In this document: positions 1 through 8,500 of the stretch, in pieces | Position numbering within the stretch: the stretch's first letter is position 1 | Layout: every line of letters starts with the position of its first letter | Source: an uncultured Rhizobium sp. | GTDB lineage: Bacteria > Bacteroidota > Bacteroidia > NS11-12g > UBA955 | NCBI GenBank assembly: GCA_964592635.1 | Contig: CAZQFZ010000004.1 | Location: forward strand, 1-52,986 | Direction of reading: 5' to 3' | Length of the DNA stretch: 52,986 nt | Made by a program: the position numbers and the translations under genes | Notes under the pieces: generated by a model | The model's input: the letters and a program-made list of their open reading frames with translations, nothing else | What the model was told of the DNA's origin: nothing | The model's database searches: none

Positions 1-186
1 CATGATTGCCGGTAGTTGAAAACACAACGACTTCCCTGCCCCTGTTGGCATTATTACAAAACAATCCTTGCCTTCCAAGATACTTTGTATGACTGGCTCT
101 TGGTTTCCCTTAAAACCATCAAATCCAAAAAAATCCTTTAAAAACTCCTTGGGAGTTTTCTCCATCTGTGCTGCCATTGATTGCAT
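1..186 (-). CDS. recQ: ATP-dependent DNA helicase RecQ, N-terminal fragment (gene continues beyond the left edge)
   Basis: Not in the ORF track because no stop lies in the window. The reverse complement of 1-186 reads from ATG (184-186) as MQSMAAQMEKTPKEFLKDFFGFDGFKGNQEPVIQSILEGKDCFVIMPTGAGKSLCFQLPAIM. FGFDGFKGNQ and MPTGAGKSLCFQLPA (helicase motif I) are the typical RecQ N-terminus. Confidence 0.8.
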   Translation of the reverse strand, partial: MQSMAAQMEKTPKEFLKDFFGFDGFKGNQEPVIQSILEGKDCFVIMPTGAGKSLCFQLPAIM

Positions 187-489
187 ATTTACAACTTTCA
201 ATTCTCTTTATCTTTATTCAAAACCGTAAAACAAAACAATTATCTTTTGTTTATTTTACTCCAAGTTACATAGTTTAACTACCCAATAGCTTTAAACCAT
301 TTAAGTTCCAAAAAATACCAAATTGGGTATGTGAAAATACAACATTTTTTTTAAACCAAACAAACCTATTTACGTTTAAATTAAATTTTGGTTAAAATAT
401 TATACAAAACATAGATTTACCCACTTATATTCTATTGCAATGATATTCTTTAAGTTAGCTACTCAATTAACGATTTCCCTTTTTATTCG

Positions 490-497
490 TAATTTTG
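490..497 (+). promoter_or_regulatory. Candidate Bacteroidota -7 promoter box TAATTTTG for kpsF
   Basis: Exact match to TAnnTTTG. It lies 7 nt before the TTG at 505 and 37 nt before the ATG at 535. Confidence 0.4.
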
Positions 498-504
498 CCT
501 ACAA

Positions 505-1509
505 TTGAATACCATCCACATTACAAATCCACAAATGTTTCAATCCTTACCACAAGATCAAATAATCCAAATAGGGCAAGAAGCCATTTACAATGAACTT
601 CGAAGTTTGCAGAATTTACCCCACTTTATCAATACCGATTTTGCAAATACCATCAATGCCATTCTTGCTAGTAACGGTAGATTGGTCATCACAGGAATTG
701 GAAAATCAGCTATAATTGGACAGAAAATTGTGGCCACCCTCAATAGTACTGGCCAACCATCACTCTTCATGCACGCAGCCGATGCCATTCATGGCGATCT
801 AGGCATGATTCAACATAATGATGTTGTTCTAGCCATTTCCAAAAGTGGAAACACGCCTGAGATGGTTACTTTGATTCCACTTATTCAGCAATTTGGAAAT
901 CCCTTTATCGCCATGGTTGGAAATCTCCAATCACAACTCGCCACCCATGCACATTTTGTTTTAAACACCACCATCGATAAAGAAGCTTGTCCTAATAACT
1001 TAGCTCCCACCACCAGTACTACAGCTCAATTATTAATGGGTGATGCATTGGCTATCGCCCTACTAAAAATTAGAAATTTTACCGGTCACGATTTTTCAAA
1101 ATATCATCCAGGAGGAGCATTAGGTAAAAAACTATATCTAACATGTGGGCAAATTGCTAGTAAACACTCAAAACCCTTTGTTTCATGTCGTGCGCCTTGG
1201 AAAGAAGTCATCCTAAATATTACCGAAAATCGATTGGGCGTAACTGTTGTAATGGATAACCAGTCTATTGTTGGTATCATTACCGATGGCGACATAAGAA
1301 GAATGTTAACCAACTTCAATCAAATCGACCATATTACCGCTGAGCAAATTATGACTAAAAATCCAGTCATCTTAAATACATCAGATATGGCAACGCAAGC
1401 AGCCGAAATCATGCAAGAAAAGAAAATTTCACATCTGCTAATTTGCGAAAATCATCAATATTTTGGTATCGTTCATATACATGATTTGTATTCCGAGGGA
1501 ATACTTTGA
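505..1509 (+). CDS. kpsF: Arabinose-5-phosphate isomerase (KpsF/GutQ family; SIS domain plus tandem CBS domains)
   Basis: SIS motif GRLVITGIGKSAIIGQKIVATLNSTGQPSLFMHAADAIHGDLG, followed by a C-terminal CBS pair (VGIITDGDIRR ... FGIVHIHDL). The ORF-track start is TTG at 505. The ATG at 535 (MFQSLPQ) is an equally plausible start. Confidence 0.9.
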   Translation: MNTIHITNPQMFQSLPQDQIIQIGQEAIYNELRSLQNLPHFINTDFANTINAILASNGRLVITGIGKSAIIGQKIVATLNSTGQPSLFMHAADAIHGDLGMIQHNDVVLAISKSGNTPEMVTLIPLIQQFGNPFIAMVGNLQSQLATHAHFVLNTTIDKEACPNNLAPTTSTTAQLLMGDALAIALLKIRNFTGHDFSKYHPGGALGKKLYLTCGQIASKHSKPFVSCRAPWKEVILNITENRLGVTVVMDNQSIVGIITDGDIRRMLTNFNQIDHITAEQIMTKNPVILNTSDMATQAAEIMQEKKISHLLICENHQYFGIVHIHDLYSEGIL

Positions 1510-1510
1510 T

Positions 1511-1518
1511 TATCTTTG
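1511..1518 (+). promoter_or_regulatory. Candidate -7 promoter box TATCTTTG for the guanylyltransferase gene
   Basis: Exact TAnnTTTG match, just after the kpsF stop codon and 12 nt upstream of the ATG at 1531. Confidence 0.4.
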
Positions 1519-1530
1519 ACAAATCCGGTT

Positions 1531-2610
1531 ATGGAAAAAAACAAAAACCATTACGTTGTCATTATGGCAGGTGGAATTGGTACACGATTCTGGCCTATAA
1601 GTAAGAAAAGCTTTCCCAAGCAGTTCATGGATATTCTTGGCACAGGCCAATCCTTATTGAGTCAGACTTTTAGCCGATTTGCGCATATTGTTCCAACTGA
1701 AAATATTTATGTAGTAACCAATCAAGATTATGTTGAACTTGTTCTTCAACATCTTCCTGAAATGAATATCGAACAAGTGCTTTCCGAACCCATCGGTAAA
1801 AATACTGCTCCATGTGTTGCTCTTGCTTCGTATTACATTTTTCAAAAAAACCCAAATGCAACCTGTATAATTGCACCAAGCGACCACCTAATTACTAACG
1901 AAGTTCTTTTTCTCGAAACCGCCAAAAAAGCACTGAATTTTGCGGAAAACAACGACGCACTCGTTACCCTAGGAATCAACCCCACACGTCCCGATACGGG
2001 TTATGGATATATCCAATTTCAACCCACCCATTCCGATAACGGAATACATCCCGTAAAAACATTCACCGAAAAACCAACTGAAGAACTTGCAAAAACCTTC
2101 ATAGAAAGCAAAGAATTTCTGTGGAATGCCGGAATATTCGCCTGGAACGTTAAAACTATCATTAACCGTTTTGACTCCAATCTTCACGAAATTCACACAT
2201 TGTTTTGTGATATTGACTTTAGTCAAAACTACAAAAACAGTGTGAGCTTGGCTTATGGACAATCACCCAGCATTTCCATAGATTATGGAATTATGGAAAA
2301 AGAGAGAAATGTATTCGTTATTCCTTCGAGTTTTGGCTGGAGCGATGTTGGTACTTGGAAAAGTCTTTGGGAAGTTTCAAAAAAAGATGATGCTCAAAAT
2401 GGTTCCATCGGTCAGAATTCTCGTTTCTACGAAACATCAAACTCCTTAGTTTTTTCTTCTTCCGATAAATTAGTTGTTCTAACCGGTGTAGAAAACTTGG
2501 TTGTAGTTGATTCTCCCGATGTTCTGTTAGTTATGAATAAAGACAAAGAACAAGAACTACGCAACGTGGTAGCCGAAGTAAAGGAAAAATTCAAAGGCAA
2601 ATACAATTAA
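1531..2610 (+). CDS. manC: Mannose-1-phosphate guanylyltransferase (nucleotidyltransferase family, no PMI domain)
   Basis: N-terminal VIMAGGIGTRFWPISKKSFPKQF (GxGxRxxP sugar-nucleotidyltransferase signature). Overall length and ending are typical of short ManC/GMP enzymes. The ORF track begins at TTG 1516. The ATG at 1531 (MEKNKNHYVVIMAGG) is preferred. Confidence 0.85.
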   Translation: MEKNKNHYVVIMAGGIGTRFWPISKKSFPKQFMDILGTGQSLLSQTFSRFAHIVPTENIYVVTNQDYVELVLQHLPEMNIEQVLSEPIGKNTAPCVALASYYIFQKNPNATCIIAPSDHLITNEVLFLETAKKALNFAENNDALVTLGINPTRPDTGYGYIQFQPTHSDNGIHPVKTFTEKPTEELAKTFIESKEFLWNAGIFAWNVKTIINRFDSNLHEIHTLFCDIDFSQNYKNSVSLAYGQSPSISIDYGIMEKERNVFVIPSSFGWSDVGTWKSLWEVSKKDDAQNGSIGQNSRFYETSNSLVFSSSDKLVVLTGVENLVVVDSPDVLLVMNKDKEQELRNVVAEVKEKFKGKYN

Positions 2611-2687
2611 TTTCTACAAAATTGGACTTATCACCGTTTTTGTTGATTGCATTTTTTTTGATCTATTTTATTTTAAAAAAAATCGTG

Positions 2688-2695
2688 TATTTTTG
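2688..2695 (+). promoter_or_regulatory. Candidate -7 promoter box TATTTTTG driving a structured leader
   Basis: Exact TAnnTTTG match in the 186-bp gap between manC and the EamA gene. Confidence 0.45.
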
Positions 2696-2700
2696 TATCA

Positions 2701-2716
2701 GTTATCGTGAGATAAC
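2701..2716 (+). promoter_or_regulatory. 5' stem-loop of the predicted leader (GUUAUC-GUGA-GAUAAC)
   Basis: Perfect 6-bp stem closed by a GNRA-type tetraloop, beginning a few nt after the -7 box. Confidence 0.4.
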
Positions 2717-2756
2717 GCAAACTGTTACGCGCTTTTACATACCAAAAAAACATCCT

Positions 2757-2788
2757 GGCCGAGCAATTTTGTTCGGCCTTGATTTTTT
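2757..2788 (+). terminator. Intrinsic terminator or attenuator hairpin immediately upstream of the EamA start codon
   Basis: GGCCGAGC-AAUUUU-GUUCGGCC forms an 8-bp stem including one G-U pair, followed by UUGAUUUUUU. An A7 tract at 2744-2750 lies upstream. The ATG of the next gene is at 2797. Confidence 0.55.
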
Positions 2789-2796
2789 ATAACACT

Positions 2797-3762
2797 ATGT
2801 CAAATTCATCCTATCAAAAAGCCCTTATTTATCTGCATATTTCCGTTTTTCTCTGGGGTTTCACCGCTGTACTTGGAAAATTAATTTCATACGGCTCTAT
2901 TAATCTAGTTTGGCATCGAATGGTTTTTACTGCAAGTATTTACTTATTGTTCCCCATTGTTTGGAAATCTTTGAGAACCATTAAACCAATACACCTACTC
3001 CGATTCCTGGGAATCGGAATTATCGTGTGTTTGCATTGGCTAACATTCTACGGTTCCATCAAACTCGGCAACTCCGTTTCAGTTACCCTGGCATGTTTGG
3101 GCTCTGCCTCCTTTTTTACCGCGGTTTTCGAACCCCTCATACTCAAACAATCGTTTAAAAAAACTGACCTATTCTCAGGACTTATTGTAATAATTGGCGT
3201 TTTACTCATCAGCTATTCCCTATCCAACATAAACAATCAACACAATTCATACACAAACGCCATCGTAGTGGGTGTTATTAGCGCTGCGCTCGCTGCTTTG
3301 TTTTCAACCCTCAATAAAAAATACATTGAAAACGAAAATCCCCTAACCATCAGTGCCATTGAAATGATTTCCGGCGCATCAGCACTGTCTGTTTTTATTT
3401 TTTTCGGGGGACATCACCTCATCGGTCAAGAAAAGTTGATTCTGGTCCCTAATTTCAACCCCAAAGATTTCAATTGGAATCAACTCCAAAATGGATCCCT
3501 TGATCTTCTCTGGGTAGGAATTTTATCCATTCTTTGCACCAATTTAACATTTTATCTTGCAACTACTTCCCTCAAACAACTAAGTGCATTTACAGCGAAT
3601 CTCACCGTTAACCTGGAACCTATTTACGGTATTCTTTTGGGGATATTCATTTTTAAAGAAAACACGGAACTTAATTCTTCGTTCTATTGGGGAACCACCA
3701 TCATACTTTCTGCCATTTTTTTAAATGGAATTAGTCATAAATTCAGATTCCAAAAGAAATAA
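2797..3762 (+). CDS. EamA/DMT-superfamily transporter (10-TM drug/metabolite exporter type)
   Basis: Highly hydrophobic, with two halves of about 5 TM helices each, typical of an EamA duplication. The ORF track starts at TTG 2779, inside the terminator U-tract. The ATG at 2797 (MSNSSYQKALIYLH) is preferred. Confidence 0.8.
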   Translation: MSNSSYQKALIYLHISVFLWGFTAVLGKLISYGSINLVWHRMVFTASIYLLFPIVWKSLRTIKPIHLLRFLGIGIIVCLHWLTFYGSIKLGNSVSVTLACLGSASFFTAVFEPLILKQSFKKTDLFSGLIVIIGVLLISYSLSNINNQHNSYTNAIVVGVISAALAALFSTLNKKYIENENPLTISAIEMISGASALSVFIFFGGHHLIGQEKLILVPNFNPKDFNWNQLQNGSLDLLWVGILSILCTNLTFYLATTSLKQLSAFTANLTVNLEPIYGILLGIFIFKENTELNSSFYWGTTIILSAIFLNGISHKFRFQKK

Positions 3763-3912
3763 AGATCATTGCACACACTTGTACATGAATTTTTAAAGTT
3801 GGTTAATCAAATGTACGATATACTCAATTCCTTAGCACAATTCTCCCGAGGAATTACAAATTATACCGGTTAAAACAATTCAATGCTTCTTCTAAATCCG
3901 AAAAGTAGTTCT

Positions 3913-5391
3913 TCAATACGATTTTGCAAATAAAACGCGTTGTTTAGAATCATTACCTGTTAACACACATTTACCATCCTCTAACTTGTTGTTCAACGGT
4001 ATGCAACGTATTGTAGCTTTTGTCAATTCTTTGATTTTTTCCTCAGTTTCGCTACTACCATCCCAATGCGCTGAAGCAAAACCCTGTTTTACATTAATCA
4101 CATCCAAGAATTCTTCCCAACTATTTACTTCGTAGATACGAGAATCCATGAAATTCTTGGCTTTATCAAACAACGCTTTTTGAATGTCTTCTAATAGAGT
4201 TTGAATTTTTATCTCCAAACCATCCATTAACACGGTTTCCTTGGTTTTTAAATCTCTTCTGGCCAACTCAATTGTACCCGCTTCCAAATCTCTTGGACCA
4301 AGTGCCAATCTAACAGGAACTCCTTTTTGTTCCCACTCAGCAAATTTATATCCTGGTTTGTACGTATCTCTCGAATCGATTTTAATGGATATGCCCAATT
4401 TTCTTAAGGCAGCGGCAATTTCATTCAGTTTTGAAATTACCTTATCAAACTCTTCTTCACTGCGATAAATAGGTACTGCAACCACTTGAATAGGCGCCAA
4501 TTTTGGGGGAACAACTAAACCTTCATCATCGCTATGAACCATAATTAAAGCTCCCATCAAACGAGTAGAAACACCCCAACTGGTTGCCCATACATAATCC
4601 AATTTGCCTTCTTTACTCTGAAATTTAACATCAAAAGCTTTCGCGAAGTTTTGTCCCAAAAAATGAGATGTACCCATTTGTAAGGCCTTACCATCCTGCA
4701 TCATCCCCTCAATACAATATGTTTCATCTGCACCAGCAAATCGTTCGTTGGGCGTTTTGATTCCTTTAATCACGGGAATGGCCATATATGTTTCAGCAAA
4801 TTCGGCATAAACATCCAACATTTGTACTGTTTCAGCGATTGCTTCTTCCTTTGTGGCGTGTGCAGTGTGGCCTTCTTGCCATAAAAATTCAGCAGTTCTT
4901 AGAAATAATCGAGTTCTCATCTCCCATCTAACCACATTGGCCCATTGATTTATCAAAATGGGTAAATCACGATAACTTTGGATCCAATTCTTATAGGTAT
5001 TCCAAATAATGGCCTCAGATGTTGGACGTACAATCAACTCCTCTGTTAATTTTGAGTCTGGATCTGCAATCAACGCTCCCGGTTTATTTGGATCCGCTTT
5101 CAGTCTGTAATGGGTAACAACCGCACATTCTTTGGCAAATCCTTCTGCATTCTTTTCTTCCTTTTCAAAAAGACTTTTGGGAACAAATAAAGGGAAATAT
5201 GCATTCGAATGACCCGTCTCTTTGAACATCTTATCCAATTGCTGCTGCATTTTTTCCCAAATGGCATAACCATTGGGTTTGATTACCATACAACCTTTAA
5301 CTGCACTATGCTCTGCTAAATCCGCATTATGGACTAAATTATTGTACCATTCACTGTAATTTTGTTCTCTTGTTACTTTCTCAAAAGCCAT
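3913..5391 (-). CDS. proS: Proline--tRNA ligase, archaeal/eukaryotic-like type (no INS editing domain)
   Basis: 492 aa with class II aaRS motifs ([25 protein letters not shown]), an anticodon-binding region, and a C-terminal domain ending in ...FAKSY. This is typical of Bacteroidota ProRS. Confidence 0.95.
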   Translation of the reverse strand: MAFEKVTREQNYSEWYNNLVHNADLAEHSAVKGCMVIKPNGYAIWEKMQQQLDKMFKETGHSNAYFPLFVPKSLFEKEEKNAEGFAKECAVVTHYRLKADPNKPGALIADPDSKLTEELIVRPTSEAIIWNTYKNWIQSYRDLPILINQWANVVRWEMRTRLFLRTAEFLWQEGHTAHATKEEAIAETVQMLDVYAEFAETYMAIPVIKGIKTPNERFAGADETYCIEGMMQDGKALQMGTSHFLGQNFAKAFDVKFQSKEGKLDYVWATSWGVSTRLMGALIMVHSDDEGLVVPPKLAPIQVVAVPIYRSEEEFDKVISKLNEIAAALRKLGISIKIDSRDTYKPGYKFAEWEQKGVPVRLALGPRDLEAGTIELARRDLKTKETVLMDGLEIKIQTLLEDIQKALFDKAKNFMDSRIYEVNSWEEFLDVINVKQGFASAHWDGSSETEEKIKELTKATIRCIPLNNKLEDGKCVLTGNDSKQRVLFAKSY

Positions 5392-5396
5392 AGGTA

Positions 5397-5404
5397 CAAA
5401 ATTA
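5397..5404 (-). promoter_or_regulatory. Candidate -7 box TAATTTTG for proS (near-leaderless)
   Basis: The plus strand reads CAAAATTA. Only 5 nt separate the box from the proS ATG at 5391. Confidence 0.5.
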
Positions 5405-5594
5405 GAGAAATCCGAGGTATTTATTTTGATAGAGAGTAAATGAATTTAAGTTCATCCATTCGGCAGAATACAATAATTTTCAGAAACTTTTATTCACGAT
5501 GCAACAAAATTCAAACTGAGATCTCTCACAAAGAATTCCAAACCAACGAAAAGAGTCACTATCCCCCGAAAAACAAAAAATCATACCCTAAAAA

Positions 5595-8500
5595 TTAACG
5601 CAACAAGGTAACATCGCCACTGAATACATGACGTTCACCATTCACTCCCAACACAATACATTGGTATATGTAAACACCTTCCGGCACCAAATCACCGTGA
5701 AATCGTCCATCCCATCCGTGATCACAACCATCAACATCGTATAGTTTTTCGCCCCAACGATTAAAAATTTTCAAATGATACGATTGTATAAAAACACCTT
5801 CTGGCCTGAACAATTCATTCAAATTATTTTCATTCGGAGTAAACGCATTCGGGATAAAAACCTTCGCTCTATGAACAGGACTGCTCACATTACTTGTGCT
5901 TATTTCTGACCATTTTTCAACAGCAGAAAGCGGTTTGTCTGGAATAGCCGTTATTCTGTAGTCTAAACGCTTGATACAATTGAATTGCCGATTAGGATGT
6001 ACAAATGTGTGACGTGAAGAATCTACACGTCCAATTTCATTAAATCCATTTCCTTGATCCACTTCGACAAGATACTCTTTCACCCCTGCGTTCCAAAGTA
6101 AATACCGATTCCAGTTCAATTCGGTTTCGTAATTTTCGTTCAAATTCACCTTCAACAAAATACTCTTTGCCAAATTGCTATATTCGCTGCTGTCGTTACA
6201 CTCGTCAATACCCTTAACCTGATAAACATAGCTGAAACGATCTACTTCTACCAATTTATCCCGAATTATCAAAGAATCTTGGCTTGCATTTATTTTCCAC
6301 CATTTCTCAGCATTGGAATTGTTTCCCTTTCTATTAATTAAATAATGATCTATTCTTTTGGTATTCAAATTGTTAGTTTCCCAATTTAGATGCGTATATG
6401 AATCATCTATAACGGATACGCGTTTCACTTTTGGGGGATAAACGGTATTTATATAAATCGGCAAAACATGACAGGTGTCGCTCCAACTAAATTCCCTTAA
6501 ACCTCCATCCTCTTTCGCAACTACTCTGTATTCATGTTTCTTGTAACAAACAATCGATGAATCTACGAATTGATTCACATTACCACCAACAACTCCAATC
6601 GAATCAAACATGCCCGTTGTAAGATTCTTACGATATACATTGTAATTTCTTACCGACCAACCGCGATACGAATTCCAATTTAACTGACTAGCGTTTATCA
6701 AAGGTAATCCACTTAATTCCACGGTACAATGTTCTTTTAGCTTATCAAGTTCTTGCGTTTTTCCACATAGATTCTTCGAAGCCACTTTGTAACAATATAC
6801 CTTCGACAAAGCATTAACCGGTTCATTTATAAAATAAGAGTCCAACAATTGAGTATTTCTCTTCAGAAATGAATAATCCATTCCTAAATTCCAATACAAA
6901 TCATATCCCGCAAAATCAAAACTCCTGTATTTACTCAAAACTAGCTCATGGGCCTTATCGTGCACTACGCTCACACGTCGAAAAATAGGGGGTTCACCTG
7001 CTAGCGTATCACCAACAGCTAAAATCTTGGTTTTCTCAGCCGTATCCCAACAACTTGTGTTATCCTCAACATAATATTGAATTTTAATTCTTTGGGAGGA
7101 TGTAGGCCATATTAACAGTTGACGATTATTCGACCAAACCAAACTATCGTTGATCATCCAATACTCTTTTTGTAAAACGGTGTCCGTTTTTACTTTTGCA
7201 ACTCCAACCCAATTCTGACCCAAACAAATAGTATCTCTTTGTGAAGAGATATTAATCTCCGGCTGATTTAATCGGAATTGAAGCTCACTTGTATCAACAC
7301 AACCCTTTTCATTCTGGGAGATCACTAACAATCGATTCTGTTTCTCCTGAAACAAGTAATTAAATGTAGAATCCCTGGAAATTAAGCGAGAATTTTGAAA
7401 CCATTCACATGATACCACAGGATATTTTGTGTCCAAATACGTCGCTTTCAAATAAATACTATCACGCAAACACAGTCCATTTCTATTTAAAACAACTTCA
7501 GGTGAAGGGTAAACAAAAATGGTATCAAATGGATTTATGGCACGTTTACAACCATTTGAATCATAAACAATCAAATATGGTATATAAGTACCTGGATTAT
7601 GGTAAACGTGCAGCGAATCACGGCCCTTGCGCACAAAACCATCGCCATAATCCCATTCCATTTCTACTGTTTGTTTATTTACAACCGACGTAAAATCTAC
7701 TTTATGTGGTTTACAACCTGTTAATGGACCAAAACTGAATTTGCCATCTGGACCAGGAACAACAATTAAGTCAATGAATTTCTTGGTAAATATACATCCC
7801 ATTGAGTCCGTTATGGACAGTGAAACAGAATATGTTCCCGGTATTAAATACTGATGAGACGGGTGTTGCAATGTACTGTAACTGCTGTCGCCAAAATCCC
7901 ATAACCACTTCCTAATTGAAACACCATATGAAGCCGTTGAATCTCTGAAATGAGCTATGATTGGTGGACATTTGTTTTCCTCGAAACGATAGCCAATATT
8001 CATTCGAACTCGAGAACCTGGAAAATAAACCCTATCTTGTTGTTCTGCCACACAACCTCCAACATCCACAACTTTAACTTTAATGGTAAACCAACCGGCT
8101 TGACTGTATAAATGATTAACCGTTTGCGAGGAATAACGAGTACCATCGCCCATATCCCATGAAACTTGAAAACCAGTTGCTGGCGGATTTCTAAATAACA
8201 AGCTTCCTAAAAATCGGCTATCTGTTTTACATGCATGTTGCCATTGTTTACGAATTGCGAAACCCGGCCCAGAAATATTTATCGGATAAGACTTTGATCC
8301 GTCACAACCTCTAGAAAAAACAGATTGTAATTGAGCATAAACCGTATCCTTAAATGCATTTCGAATGGTAAATTCAACTCTTTGACTGTCCATCCATACT
8401 GTATCCCCATTGCTCAAATACCAGAAATGTTTGTATTTAGGATTGTACGTGGAATCTATAAACAGTACTTTCATCGGCAAACAACCACCCTTATTTATTA

